From NCBI GenBank assembly GCA_036721215.1, contig DAIMLM010000002.1:143699-207698 (forward strand): a stretch of DNA of 64,000 nucleotides, in the 5' to 3' direction. Made by a program: the position numbers and the translations under genes. Of the stretch, positions 48,363 through 58,589 are shown piece by piece. The notes under the pieces were generated by a model. The model saw only the letters and a list, made by a program, of their open reading frames with translations, did not search any database and was not told the origin of the DNA. This stretch comes from Rhodoluna sp. GTDB taxonomy: Bacteria > Actinomycetota > Actinomycetes > Actinomycetales > Microbacteriaceae. Every line of letters begins with the position of its first letter. Within the stretch, counting starts at the first letter, position 1.

Positions 48363-48518
48363 GTCGGGTTATCTCCTGCCTATGAGTTTGCCAGCAAGCT
48401 TGGTGACTGAGCGCAAAAACACGGCATTTTCTAAGGAAATTCACGCTGTGTCAGTTTGCTATTGGGGGGTATTTGTTAGACACTACTAGCGCCTAAAGAA
48501 CAAACGAAAGGGCCACCC

Positions 48519-48800
48519 ATGGCTACCGACTACGACGCTCCTAGAAAAGCTGACGACGACACCGAGTCCCTCGAAGCTATCAAAGAGCGCGGCCCTGCTA
48601 AGACAGCCTCGGACACCGAGGATATCGACGCCGGTGACTCTTTCTCAATCCCGGATGTAGTTTCCGAGGACCTAGACGTCGTCGTTTTGCCGCCGCAGGA
48701 TGACGAGTTCACCTGTTCTAACTGCTTTATTGTCAAGCACCGCTCGCTGGTTGCCAGAAAGACCAAGAATGGTCCAATTTGCTCTGAATGTGATTCCTAG
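48519..48800 (+). CDS. DUF4193-family protein
   Basis: MATDYDAPRK.., an acidic middle, and C-terminal C..C..(n)..C..C (CSNCFIVKH...ICSECD). GAAAGGG lies upstream. Confidence 0.8.
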   Translation: MATDYDAPRKADDDTESLEAIKERGPAKTASDTEDIDAGDSFSIPDVVSEDLDVVVLPPQDDEFTCSNCFIVKHRSLVARKTKNGPICSECDS

Positions 48801-49261
48801 CTCTTATTTAGAAGTTCAGCCAGCTTGTCGGGATTTCTGGTGGAGATGAGCCAATAGGGTGTTGGATCTTCTGGGTCCGTAATTGGAATCTTGATTGCCG
48901 TTTTCACCGAGCCTTGAAAAACCTTGTGAGCTCCCGGATCCAAGTTTGGCCCCCGCTCCAAGAAGATCCCTTCTTTGGAAATCACCTCTGCTTCGCCAAT
49001 AAAGTTCCTCAAGATGGCTACTCTGCCTGCCTTTAGCTCCAGTTGCGAAAGCTCAATTTTTGGGGCCCGCAGAATAAGTAGTGTCCAAATAGTTATCACG
49101 GCTAGAACTCCAATAGCCAAGCCAATTCTTATATCAAAGGGCTCAGAAATTATTGCTATCGATGGCAGCAAGGCAAAAGTGGCGGCAAAGGTCCCGATAT
49201 TTGGCAGGACTCGTTCCCTGTATAGCGGGGATTTGGGCTTCTCTGGTTCGCTCACACTCAA
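48797..49261 (-). CDS. DUF3093-family membrane protein
   Basis: LYRERVLP near the N-terminus and two TM helices. The conserved location is divergent from dut. TTG (or GTG +6) start. Confidence 0.7.
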   Translation of the reverse strand: MSVSEPEKPKSPLYRERVLPNIGTFAATFALLPSIAIISEPFDIRIGLAIGVLAVITIWTLLILRAPKIELSQLELKAGRVAILRNFIGEAEVISKEGIFLERGPNLDPGAHKVFQGSVKTAIKIPITDPEDPTPYWLISTRNPDKLAELLNKS

Positions 49262-49280
49262 TAGATTACGCTGGGAATCT

Positions 49281-49715
49281 ATGACTCACGTACCCGTATT
49301 AGTAATGGCATCGCCTGGATTCGAGCCTCGCTACGCCAAAGCTGGTGACGCCGGCGCCGATCTTCGTTCTACCAAGAAGATGGCGATTGGTCCGGGAGCT
49401 CGCGAACTAGTTCCAACCGGAGTTTCGATTGCCTTACCTGCTGGCTTTGTTGGTTTGGTGCACCCACGCTCTGGCCTAGCGCTAAAGCACGGAATTACAG
49501 TTTTGAATTCCCCTGGCACCATTGATGCCGGCTATCGTGGCGAAATTATGGTCACGCTCTATAACTCATCGACAGAGAAATTCGAGATTGAAGTTGGCGA
49601 CCGAATCGCGCAGCTTCTAATCCAAAGCGTTGAGCAAGCCAATTTCATTGCCGTTGACAAACTTCCTGATTCTGACCGGGGTCAAGCTGGCTTTGGATCG
49701 ACGGGAAATAAGTAG
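49281..49715 (+). CDS. dut: dUTP diphosphatase
   Basis: Motifs AGDAGADL, PRSGLALKHG, GTIDAGYRGE and RGQAGFGSTG. Homology starts at ATG 49281, so the longer track ORF (48975) is an artefact. Confidence 0.92.
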   Translation: MTHVPVLVMASPGFEPRYAKAGDAGADLRSTKKMAIGPGARELVPTGVSIALPAGFVGLVHPRSGLALKHGITVLNSPGTIDAGYRGEIMVTLYNSSTEKFEIEVGDRIAQLLIQSVEQANFIAVDKLPDSDRGQAGFGSTGNK

Positions 49716-50297
49716 ATGGACAACTACGGCAAAGCAAAATCCCAACCGATTGATCGGCTAAGTGGTGGCCCGTTCGACGTTACCGAGCTGGTCCAAGTGC
49801 GGCCCACCATTGATTTTGGTGCCATTCAACTTCCAATGCGTGACGACGTCACTTACAAGCTCGAGGTGGAATCATCAACAAATAAAATCGTTGCTTTGAC
49901 CGTTGAACACAAAGGCTCCACCTTGCAACTGCAAGCATTTAGTGCCCCCGGAGCTGAAGGAGTTTGGCACGAGATTCGTGCCTCGTTAGAGCAATCAATT
50001 TTGGCGCAGGGGGGCAAAACTGAAAGCGTGGTTGGGCCGTTAGGGCCAGAACTAAACGCACAGATCCCAACCAGTGATGGTGGCACCAGGCTGGCAAAAT
50101 TCATCGGCGTCGATGGACCCAAATGGTTCTTGCGCGGTGTGATAACAGGCCTTGCTCTGGGCGACACTCTCTCGATGTCGCACGTTATTGAAATCTTTAG
50201 GTCAGCAGTTGTTATTCGAGGTAGCTCGCCAATGCCGCCAAAGGAGCTTTTGGAACTAGTAGCACCTTCAGGTGCTCAAAAGAGCGTTAGCAAATGA
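49716..50297 (+). CDS. DUF3710-family protein
   Basis: GPFDVTE and GVDGPKWFLRGV fit the recalled family. It sits in the conserved dut-DUF3710-DUF3159 order. Confidence 0.7.
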   Translation: MDNYGKAKSQPIDRLSGGPFDVTELVQVRPTIDFGAIQLPMRDDVTYKLEVESSTNKIVALTVEHKGSTLQLQAFSAPGAEGVWHEIRASLEQSILAQGGKTESVVGPLGPELNAQIPTSDGGTRLAKFIGVDGPKWFLRGVITGLALGDTLSMSHVIEIFRSAVVIRGSSPMPPKELLELVAPSGAQKSVSK

Positions 50298-50965
50298 CCG
50301 ACGATAAGTTTAGAGATTCGGCGGCCAAAAAACTTGGCGTTAATTCGGTAGATGGACAACTAAGCCTAGACAGCAAATCACTTCTTGAAGGAATGGGTGG
50401 CAAGTTAGGCATTGCGGAGACGATTATTCCAAGCCTGATGTTTGGAATCAGTTTTGCGCTAACCGGACAAGCAATTGTTTCGGTTTCCTTGGCAGCATCA
50501 GCTTCAGCATTGTTTATTGTTTATCGCTTGATTACTCGCAAATCTCCCAGCAGTGCTTTGATCGGTGCGATAGCTGTTGGCTTTGCAGCTTGGTTGGCTC
50601 TTCGCGAAGGTGGAGAAGCAGTTGATTACTTTGTCCCAGGATTTATAACCAATGCTGTTTACGGCAGCGTGCTCTTGATTTCTATTTTGGTTCGCTGGCC
50701 AATTATCGGTGTTCTGGTCGAGGTTCTTCGTGGCAATGCCACTAGTTGGCGCAAGGACCGTAAGAAGGTAACAATTTACTCGCTAGTAACAGCGATGTGG
50801 GTGGGTTTCTTCAGCCTTCGTCTCGCTGTTCAGGTTCCGCTGTATTTGGCTGGGAGTGCTGAACTGTTGGCTACAGCCCGTGTTGCCATGGGGCCACCGC
50901 TTTATGCACTAGTTATTCTTGTGACTTGGCTGATACTTCGAGCCACGGTGCTTCGGACCCGGTAA
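50294..50965 (+). CDS. DUF3159-family membrane protein
   Basis: ATGA overlap with the upstream gene, and four to five TM helices. Assigned from conserved synteny. Confidence 0.7.
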   Translation: MTDDKFRDSAAKKLGVNSVDGQLSLDSKSLLEGMGGKLGIAETIIPSLMFGISFALTGQAIVSVSLAASASALFIVYRLITRKSPSSALIGAIAVGFAAWLALREGGEAVDYFVPGFITNAVYGSVLLISILVRWPIIGVLVEVLRGNATSWRKDRKKVTIYSLVTAMWVGFFSLRLAVQVPLYLAGSAELLATARVAMGPPLYALVILVTWLILRATVLRTR

Positions 50966-51017
50966 GTGGTAAATTTGATAGCTGGAGCTGATTTGCTCAA
51001 AATTTTAGGAGTTATAG

Positions 51018-53699
51018 ATGTCCAAGATTGACAGTTTCGGCGTAGCGCGCGAGCTTAAGGTAGGCAACGAGTCTTATCGAATCTTTGATATCAGCAAGCT
51101 TGATGCCAAGACCTTGCCATACAGCCTCAAGATTCTTCTTGAGAACCTTCTAAGAACCGAAGACGGTGCAAACGTAACTTCTTCTCATATCCAATCCGTC
51201 GTGGACTGGGACCCAAAGGCGGAGCCTGATACTGAGATTCAGTTCACCCCGGCACGTGTAATCATGCAGGACTTTACTGGTGTGCCATGTGTTGTTGACC
51301 TCGCAACTATGCGCGAGGCCATGGTGGATCTTGGGGGAGACCCGAAGAAAATCAATCCGCTAGCTCCTGCCGAGCTGGTTATCGATCACTCGGTTGTTAT
51401 CGATGTCGCAGGATCCAAGGACGCATTTGAAAAAAACGTTGAATATGAATACCAGCGCAACGCTGAGCGTTACCAATTCCTTCGCTGGGGTCAAATGGCT
51501 TTCGATGATTTCAAAGTGGTACCTCCTGGCACTGGAATCGTGCATCAGGTCAACATTGAGTACCTAGCTCGAACAGTCATGACCAGAAATGTTGGTGGCC
51601 AGTTACTTGCCTACCCAGATTCCTGCGTTGGCACCGACTCTCACACCACAATGGTCAACGGTCTTGGAGTTTTGGGCTGGGGCGTTGGAGGAATCGAAGC
51701 AGAGGCAGCGATGCTTGGCCAGCCAGTTTCCATGCTGATTCCTAAAGTTGTTGGTTTCAAGCTCACTGGACAGATTCCGATGGGTGCAACTGCTACTGAC
51801 GTTGTGTTAACCATTACTGAGAAACTTCGCCAGCACGGAGTAGTCGGAAAATTCGTTGAGTTCTACGGAGCCGGCGTTGCTTCTGTTCCACTAGCAAACC
51901 GAGCAACTATTGGAAACATGAGCCCTGAGTTTGGTTCTACTGTCGCGATTTTCCCAATTGATGAAGTAACCCTTGATTACCTTCGCTTCACTGGAAGAAA
52001 GCAATGTGAGATTGATCTAGTTGAGCAGTACAGCAAAGCACAGGGTCTGTGGCACGACCCTTCGATTGAACCTCGATACAGCGAGTATCTAGAACTTGAT
52101 CTTGCAACAGTAGTGCCTTCTATTGCAGGCCCTAAGCGTCCTCAGGATCGAATCGAATTGTCTAAGTCAAAGAACCAATTCGCAAAAGACATCCTTACCT
52201 ACTCATCAATTGCTTCCAAGCCAGCAAAGGTTTCTGGTAAAGATTTCTCGATGGATAACGGACACGTCAGTATCGCGTCAATTACCTCTTGCACAAACAC
52301 CTCTAACCCATCGGTAATGATGGCGGCCGGATTGCTTGCTAGAAAAGCTGTTGCCAAGGGACTCAAGGCCAAGCCTTGGGTGAAAACATCCTTAGCTCCC
52401 GGTTCCAAAGTTGTAACTGACTACTACGACAAAGCAGGTCTCACTAAGGACCTAGACGCACTAGGTTTCCAACTAGTTGGCTATGGCTGCACCACCTGTA
52501 TTGGAAACTCAGGGCCTCTTGACGAGGAAATCTCCGCAGCCGTGAACGAGAATGATTTGGCTGTTACCGCGGTACTTTCTGGAAACAGAAACTTTGAAGG
52601 TCGAATCAACCCAGATGTGAAGATGAACTACCTGGCTTCACCGCCATTAGTTATCGCTTACGCGTTAGCTGGAACCATGGACTTTGATTTCGAAAAAGAC
52701 TCTCTTGGTGACGATGCTTCTGGAAATGATGTTTTCTTGAGAGACATCTGGCCAACACCAGAAGAAGTGCAGAGCACTATCGACTCTTCAATTAACTCAG
52801 ACATGTTCACCACCCAGTACGCGGGTGTTTTCGATGGCGACAAGAGATGGCAGTCTCTCGACACTCCAACGGGCGACACATTCTCTTGGGATGCGAAATC
52901 AACTTATGTTCGCAAACCGCCTTACTTCGACGGTATGAAAATGGAGCCTACTCCGGTTACAGATATCCACGGGGCTCGAGTACTTGCGAAGCTCGGTGAT
53001 TCTGTGACAACTGATCACATCAGTCCAGCTGGATCAATCAAGGCTGATTCACCTGCCGGTAAGTACCTAACCGAGCACGGAGTCTCACGGGTTGATTTCA
53101 ACAGCTATGGATCTCGTCGCGGTAATCACGAGGTAATGATTCGTGGAACTTTTGCCAATATTCGTTTGCGCAATCAGCTACTTCAAGATGTTGAAGGCGG
53201 CTACACCAGAGATTTCACTAAAGCCGCTGGCGATCAGGCATTTATTTATGACGCATCCCAGAACTATCAGGCTGCCGGTACACCGCTAGTAATTCTTGGT
53301 GGCAAAGAGTACGGTTCTGGATCTTCAAGAGACTGGGCAGCAAAGGGCACCAGCTTGCTTGGTGTTCGTGCAGTAATTACCCAAAGTTTCGAGCGCATTC
53401 ACCGCAGCAACCTTATTGGAATGGGTGTTCTACCTCTGGAGTTCCCAGCAGGAGCCTCGGCTGATTCTTTGGGCCTTGATGGCACAGAGATTTTTGAAAT
53501 CTCGGGTGTTGAGAAACTGAACGAGGGTCTCACACCTAAGACCCTAAAAGTTGTTGCTAAACCAAGCGAGCACTCCAAGCCTGGCAAGCAGGCTGTCGAG
53601 TTTGAGGCGACTTTACGAATCGACACCCCTGGAGAAGCCGACTATTTCCGCCATGGCGGAATCTTGCAGTATGTGCTTCGATCGTTAGTAACGGCATAG
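51018..53699 (+). CDS. acnA: Aconitate hydratase A
   Basis: 893 aa. [15 protein letters not shown], Fe-S ligand contexts [11 protein letters not shown] and [10 protein letters not shown], and [11 protein letters not shown]. Confidence 0.93.
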   Translation: MSKIDSFGVARELKVGNESYRIFDISKLDAKTLPYSLKILLENLLRTEDGANVTSSHIQSVVDWDPKAEPDTEIQFTPARVIMQDFTGVPCVVDLATMREAMVDLGGDPKKINPLAPAELVIDHSVVIDVAGSKDAFEKNVEYEYQRNAERYQFLRWGQMAFDDFKVVPPGTGIVHQVNIEYLARTVMTRNVGGQLLAYPDSCVGTDSHTTMVNGLGVLGWGVGGIEAEAAMLGQPVSMLIPKVVGFKLTGQIPMGATATDVVLTITEKLRQHGVVGKFVEFYGAGVASVPLANRATIGNMSPEFGSTVAIFPIDEVTLDYLRFTGRKQCEIDLVEQYSKAQGLWHDPSIEPRYSEYLELDLATVVPSIAGPKRPQDRIELSKSKNQFAKDILTYSSIASKPAKVSGKDFSMDNGHVSIASITSCTNTSNPSVMMAAGLLARKAVAKGLKAKPWVKTSLAPGSKVVTDYYDKAGLTKDLDALGFQLVGYGCTTCIGNSGPLDEEISAAVNENDLAVTAVLSGNRNFEGRINPDVKMNYLASPPLVIAYALAGTMDFDFEKDSLGDDASGNDVFLRDIWPTPEEVQSTIDSSINSDMFTTQYAGVFDGDKRWQSLDTPTGDTFSWDAKSTYVRKPPYFDGMKMEPTPVTDIHGARVLAKLGDSVTTDHISPAGSIKADSPAGKYLTEHGVSRVDFNSYGSRRGNHEVMIRGTFANIRLRNQLLQDVEGGYTRDFTKAAGDQAFIYDASQNYQAAGTPLVILGGKEYGSGSSRDWAAKGTSLLGVRAVITQSFERIHRSNLIGMGVLPLEFPAGASADSLGLDGTEIFEISGVEKLNEGLTPKTLKVVAKPSEHSKPGKQAVEFEATLRIDTPGEADYFRHGGILQYVLRSLVTA

Positions 53700-53716
53700 A
53701 GGAAGTTAGCCTTCGA

Positions 53717-55657
53717 ATGAGCATCCTAGATAGAGTCAACGGACCAGAGGACCTAAAGGGTCTAAAAGACGCTGAGGTCATCGAGCTTGCCCAGGACATT
53801 CGCGAATTCCTGATCTCCAAGGTTGCAAAAACCGGCGGACACCTAGGTCCAAACCTTGGCGTAGTTGAAACAACCTTGGCCATTCACCGTGTTTTTGATT
53901 CTCCCAAAGACAGCATCATCTTTGATACCGGCCATCAGTCATATGTTCACAAGCTGCTTACTGGAAGAAAAAACTTTGACAACTTGCGTTCTAAGGAAGG
54001 CCTTGCTGGCTACCCGCAACGCTCGGAGTCGATTCACGACATCGTCGAGAGCTCACACGCTTCTTCTTCAATCTCCTGGGGTGATGGAATCGCCAAGGCC
54101 TATCGCCTAACCAAGCAAGATGACCGGTACGTGGTTGTTGTTGTTGGAGATGGCGCACTTACCGGAGGAATGACCTGGGAAGCTCTGAATAACATTAGCG
54201 ATGATAACGACCGCAAGCTTGTGATTGTTGTTAACGACAATGGTAGATCCTACGCTCCAACTATTGGTGGTTTGGCGAGGTACCTAAATGGAATCCGAAC
54301 CGAGCGTATCTATCGCAGGCTCTACAGACTCAGCCGTAAGGTGTTTTACAAATTTGGTATGCCAGGAAAAATGGCTTACTCCACTTTGCGCGGCGCGGCT
54401 AAAGGCCTTCTTGGAACATTTGCACCAAAAGGAATCTTTCCAAATCTAGATTTGAAGTACATCGGTCCAGTAAATGGCCACGACATGAACGCGATGGAAG
54501 AGGCTCTCAAGCAGGCAAAGAAATATGCCAATCCAGTTATCGTTCACGCCATTACCCAAAAAGGTAAGGGTTACGAACCAGCCGTCAGCGATGAGGCGGA
54601 TCAATTCCACGCAGTTGGTCAAATTGATCCAGACACCGGTAAATCTGTTGGCGACTCGGGCAAGCAGAGCTGGACTGGTGTCTTCGCCGATGAAATGGTC
54701 GAGATTGCCAAGAACAAGCCAAATGTAATTGGCATCACGGCAGCGATGCTTATTCCGGTTGGGCTACACAAATTTGCCGATAAGTATCCAGAGCGCGTGT
54801 TCGATGTTGGAATCGCCGAGCAGCACGCAGTTACCTCAGCGGCTGGTATGGCCTTTGGTGGACTGCATCCAGTTGTTGCCGTGTATGCGACTTTTATGGG
54901 ACGCGCTTTTGACCAGGTCTTGATGGATGTTGCTCTTCACAAGGCAGGAGTCACCTTCGTACTTGACCGCGCCGGTGTGACAGGACCTGATGGCGCTAGC
55001 CATCACGGTATGTGGGATCTGGCCATGCTGCAAATTGTTCCGGGAATCAGAATTGCTTCACCTCGAGATGGAAAACGACTTGTTGAGGAATTGAATGAAG
55101 CTATCGAGGTATCCGATGCGCCGACTGTTATTCGATTCCCGAAGGGCTCTGTTTCTTCCGAGATCGAGGCCGTTAGGCGACTAGCTGACGGCGTCGACGT
55201 GCTCATGGAAAGCCCGGCAAAGGACGTGCTGATTCTGACTGTTGGCTCTATGGCTCACATGGGACTACAGGTAGCCAAGATGCTTGCCGATCAAGGAATC
55301 GGCGCGACGGTTATTGATCCTCGTTGGGTCATTCCAGTCCCTGAATCTGTTGTTTCACTTGCGAGCAAGCACAGGTTGGTGGTGACAATCGAAGATGGAA
55401 TCCGAGTTGGTGGAATTGGAACCCGCGTTCGTCAGGACCTTCGCGCGGCTCAGGTTGATACTGCACTCAGTGAAATCGGATTACCTGATGAGTTTCTGGA
55501 GCATGCTTCCAGAGATGAAATTCTAGATCGCGTTGGCTTAAACGCTCAGGACATATCCCGCGAGATTGTTGCACAGGTTCTTGGAGCACGCGTCCCACAC
55601 GCTAGAGCTATTCCTGAGGACTCTGTGGTTTCTGATCAGGCTCGTCTAGCCGAGTAA
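53717..55657 (+). CDS. dxs: 1-deoxy-D-xylulose-5-phosphate synthase
   Basis: GGHLGPNLG, DTGHQSY, ThDP motif VGDGALTGGM..NDN, and IAEQHAVT. Confidence 0.92.
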   Translation: MSILDRVNGPEDLKGLKDAEVIELAQDIREFLISKVAKTGGHLGPNLGVVETTLAIHRVFDSPKDSIIFDTGHQSYVHKLLTGRKNFDNLRSKEGLAGYPQRSESIHDIVESSHASSSISWGDGIAKAYRLTKQDDRYVVVVVGDGALTGGMTWEALNNISDDNDRKLVIVVNDNGRSYAPTIGGLARYLNGIRTERIYRRLYRLSRKVFYKFGMPGKMAYSTLRGAAKGLLGTFAPKGIFPNLDLKYIGPVNGHDMNAMEEALKQAKKYANPVIVHAITQKGKGYEPAVSDEADQFHAVGQIDPDTGKSVGDSGKQSWTGVFADEMVEIAKNKPNVIGITAAMLIPVGLHKFADKYPERVFDVGIAEQHAVTSAAGMAFGGLHPVVAVYATFMGRAFDQVLMDVALHKAGVTFVLDRAGVTGPDGASHHGMWDLAMLQIVPGIRIASPRDGKRLVEELNEAIEVSDAPTVIRFPKGSVSSEIEAVRRLADGVDVLMESPAKDVLILTVGSMAHMGLQVAKMLADQGIGATVIDPRWVIPVPESVVSLASKHRLVVTIEDGIRVGGIGTRVRQDLRAAQVDTALSEIGLPDEFLEHASRDEILDRVGLNAQDISREIVAQVLGARVPHARAIPEDSVVSDQARLAE

Positions 55658-56891
55658 TTGAATCCGTAATCGCATTAGCGGTTAGATCAACCTGCCACCT
55701 TCTTGCACCAAATCCCGTCAGAGTCAGACTCACGCTCTCAAGCGTTGCTGGTTCTGGAGGCGCAAAACAAATCTGCCTTAAGAAATCTGGAGTGAGAAGG
55801 TTCTCCAAGGGGACATTTGCTATCTCGCTAATTTGAGTTAAAGCATTCTTAGCGTGACGCAAACGCCGATCAGCCTCTGGATACTTGGCCGCCCAGTTGC
55901 GGTGATTTGGAATACCTTCTGTTCTTTCTGCTCTAACAGGCGGTAGAACCGTTGCCTTGAGCGCTGATTGAAGCGCGTCCCACCAAAGATCCAGATAGCT
56001 TCTGGAAGCTCGCCCATTAAAGCTTCGAAGCGAAGCTAGCTCTGGTCTTGTATTTGGTTTAGCAATGGCGACAGCCAAGATCGAAGCGTCAGGAATCAAC
56101 CTTCCGGGAGATACATCCAGCTTGATGGCGAGCTCTTCACGTCCCAACCAAAGTTGCCTCGCTACCTCCAAAGAAAGCTGGTCAGAAACTTTTGAAAGAC
56201 CGGATATTCCACGCCAGCGATCTTGTTTAGCTGGCTTTGGCTTGAATGACAGCAGGTTTTCAAACTCCTGGTTAGCCCATTCGGATTTACCTTGAGCTTC
56301 AAGCAGCTGTTGCAGGCTTGTTCGAAGTTGATGCAGTAGCTCAACATCGAGTGCTGCGTAGTTTAACCAGCTCTCTGGTAGCGGCCTGGTGCTCCAATCG
56401 GCGGCAGAGTGCTCTTTGGCAAGCCCGATTTGGAGCAGCGATTCAACCAAAGAGCCAAGGCCAACCCGTGGTTGGCCAGTCAGCCTTCCTGCTAGCTCGG
56501 TATCGAAAATTGATTTGGGGTGTAAGCCCAGCTCTTCGAGGCAAGGTATGTCCTGAGTAGCTGCGTGGAGTATCCACTCACGGTCGGAAAGAAACTCGCG
56601 AAGTTGAGAAAATTCATGAGAATCAACCAATGAAGAATCGGTTGTTGGGTCAATCAAGAATATGTCGGAGTGCTCGGTTTTTAGCTGAACTAAATACGCT
56701 CGCTGCGAGTACTTGAAACCCGACGCTCTTTCGGCATCAACTGCGACTGGACCGGGTGTGCTTGCAAGGTGGTCAATTGAAACAGCGAGCTCTTTGGGAT
56801 TTGTAACAAGGTGGAATTTGGATCTAGGTGCTGCAAGTGTTTCAAGTGATACGGGTTCAGCTTCGAGCGGGCTTGACTCTGTAGCAGTCAA
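55608..56891 (-). CDS. rnd: Ribonuclease D-like 3'-5' exonuclease with HRDC domain
   Basis: DEDD exonuclease motifs VAVDAERAS, LHAATQDI and YAALDV, followed by an HRDC-like segment. TTG start. Its 3' end overlaps the dxs 3' end by 50 nt. Confidence 0.8.
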   Translation of the reverse strand: MTATESSPLEAEPVSLETLAAPRSKFHLVTNPKELAVSIDHLASTPGPVAVDAERASGFKYSQRAYLVQLKTEHSDIFLIDPTTDSSLVDSHEFSQLREFLSDREWILHAATQDIPCLEELGLHPKSIFDTELAGRLTGQPRVGLGSLVESLLQIGLAKEHSAADWSTRPLPESWLNYAALDVELLHQLRTSLQQLLEAQGKSEWANQEFENLLSFKPKPAKQDRWRGISGLSKVSDQLSLEVARQLWLGREELAIKLDVSPGRLIPDASILAVAIAKPNTRPELASLRSFNGRASRSYLDLWWDALQSALKATVLPPVRAERTEGIPNHRNWAAKYPEADRRLRHAKNALTQISEIANVPLENLLTPDFLRQICFAPPEPATLESVSLTLTGFGARRWQVDLTANAITDSITRLDEPDQKPQSPQE

Positions 56892-56892
56892 A

Positions 56893-57462
56893 TTAGATTC
56901 TGCTTATTCCTGATTCTGGAGGCAATCCAGACATCATGCATAATAGGTCCTGCCATGCTTCGAGATGGGCTGAAAAATTCGAATCAGTGGGCGACCATGA
57001 TGCTCTTAGCTCGAGCTCGGCGTGATCGCTCTGACCGGACATCGCCCCATATCCCTGCGAGATAATTCTGGTGATGGTGCCTGCCTGGAGGGTGTATCCG
57101 GCGCCGCGGGCTTTCAACGAGTCTTCTAACCAGGCCCAGCAGACGTCGGTGATCAGCTCATCCTGACCTATGTCGGTTTCTAGAGGGGACTTTGCGAAGC
57201 AGATAATTCGAAAGTTTCCACCCCACCCCTCTTGCGGGGTGTCGGAGTTAAGAAGCACGAATCTTCCAGTTCCCGCATCAGCTTGGGCAGCGTGTGACTG
57301 CGCTCCAACGTGGGCGGCTAGAGCAAGCGAGTGTTTAGCTAGCTTGTCTGGAGAAGGAATCTCTGTGACGTTTAGATCAGATCGAATATCCGCTTGGCGC
57401 AACGACATGACAGCTAGCTGAAAATCAGCAGCCGTATTGGTCACATCCGCGATCTCAAGCAT
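56893..57462 (-). CDS. DUF3000-family protein
   Basis: Size, acidic character and position next to rnd/dxs match recalled actinobacterial synteny. Confidence 0.6.
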   Translation of the reverse strand: MLEIADVTNTAADFQLAVMSLRQADIRSDLNVTEIPSPDKLAKHSLALAAHVGAQSHAAQADAGTGRFVLLNSDTPQEGWGGNFRIICFAKSPLETDIGQDELITDVCWAWLEDSLKARGAGYTLQAGTITRIISQGYGAMSGQSDHAELELRASWSPTDSNFSAHLEAWQDLLCMMSGLPPESGISRI

Positions 57463-57510
57463 TTTTTCCAGCTTAAGAGCCTGTCTTGAATTTAGGCTCC
57501 AGCCACGCCG

Positions 57511-58161
57511 TTAGTAGGCCCAGAGGGTAAATGTCGCATCCTCGGATTCTGCGAGAGACACCAGAGATCCTGAGTCGCTAAATGGATTCCATTGTGGCGT
57601 TAGTGATCCGGGTGAGAGCTTAGGAGTGACGGTGATGGCAGATTGTGCCACTTCAGTGGTTGCGAAGCACACCTTTGTCAAGGTCGGCCCCGCCTCAAGA
57701 AGAAGAGCTCTCATGTTCATTCGCCTAGCCCAGTCCAAGAGCGCAACAAAGGGCTCGGATGGATCAATTTCGACGTGTTCGAGCTTGGAATCGTCATGAC
57801 TTGCATTGCTGGGGCTAAAAAGTGTGGCCCCGGAAGAGGCGTTAGCAGCTGGAATCGACTTGAAGTTTCCCGATGCCGAAACAATCGCCAGATGCGACGA
57901 AGAGAGTTTCTTGTATTGCTCGTTACGCGCTGTTGCCGCATCCACAATCACAAGATCGGCTTGCTTTCGAAGCGCCAATAGCAGCTCGAGATCTTCCCTG
58001 GTTGATAGACCCCTGGATGATCCTGATTCGTCGAAAAAGCTTCCAGTTGAACTAATCACATGGTTAGTGCGGATGCCGTCCCAGCTACCGTAGCTTTTTG
58101 CCAGCTCTTCTACAGTTGAGACTTGATTAGAAAGCGCGAGCCCGGAAAGCGCTGCAATCAT
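57511..58161 (-). CDS. RibD C-terminal-domain-like (dihydrofolate reductase family) protein
   Basis: LALRKQADLVIVDAATARNE and ALLLEAGPTLT resemble the pyrimidine-reductase fold (..DAILVG..T...D / ..EGG..L). ATGA overlap with sufE. Confidence 0.5.
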   Translation of the reverse strand: MIAALSGLALSNQVSTVEELAKSYGSWDGIRTNHVISSTGSFFDESGSSRGLSTREDLELLLALRKQADLVIVDAATARNEQYKKLSSSHLAIVSASGNFKSIPAANASSGATLFSPSNASHDDSKLEHVEIDPSEPFVALLDWARRMNMRALLLEAGPTLTKVCFATTEVAQSAITVTPKLSPGSLTPQWNPFSDSGSLVSLAESEDATFTLWAY

Positions 58162-58589
58162 TGAATGGATTTTTCCCTTAACTGACGCTTGATGCGCGAA
58201 AGTATTCCAATCATTCCACGAAGCCTTAGGGGAGACACGACCTTCTGTAGCGATAGCTTCGATGGAAAATCAATATCGAAATCAAGCGCCTCTTGCACGC
58301 TCAGTCCATCAATGACGCTAAAAAGTATGCTGGCGAATCCTCTGGTCGTCGGAGCTTCCGGAGGTGCACTAAAAAACAGCCTCGTCAGATTGTCTTGGTC
58401 AATCTCCACAAACAAATAAATAGGGGATTGACACTCTTCAACTCTTTCGAGAAGTTCTGGATGATCGGCGTATCGAGCTGGCAATTCAGGTAGTGCTTCT
58501 GAGAACTCCAGCAACAAATCCAGTCGTTCAGGCTCTCTGATTGAGGCGAAGTCCTCAATCAGGGTTTCGGGAAGTTCAAGTGTTGCCAA
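58158..58589 (-). CDS. sufE: SufE-family sulfur acceptor
   Basis: 143 aa with the conserved Cys context VEECQSPIYLFVE. TTG start directly after the rhodanese stop. Confidence 0.75.
   Translation of the reverse strand: MATLELPETLIEDFASIREPERLDLLLEFSEALPELPARYADHPELLERVEECQSPIYLFVEIDQDNLTRLFFSAPPEAPTTRGFASILFSVIDGLSVQEALDFDIDFPSKLSLQKVVSPLRLRGMIGILSRIKRQLREKSIQ

Noticed and set aside
48975-49280. A long N-terminal extension of the dut ORF (the track ORF starts at 48975).
   Set aside because: The extension is antisense to the DUF3093 gene, and dUTPase homology begins only at ATG 49281. Similar over-long track starts were trimmed at 6627, 14579, 18093, 18803, 24688, 30434, 31250 and 59531.
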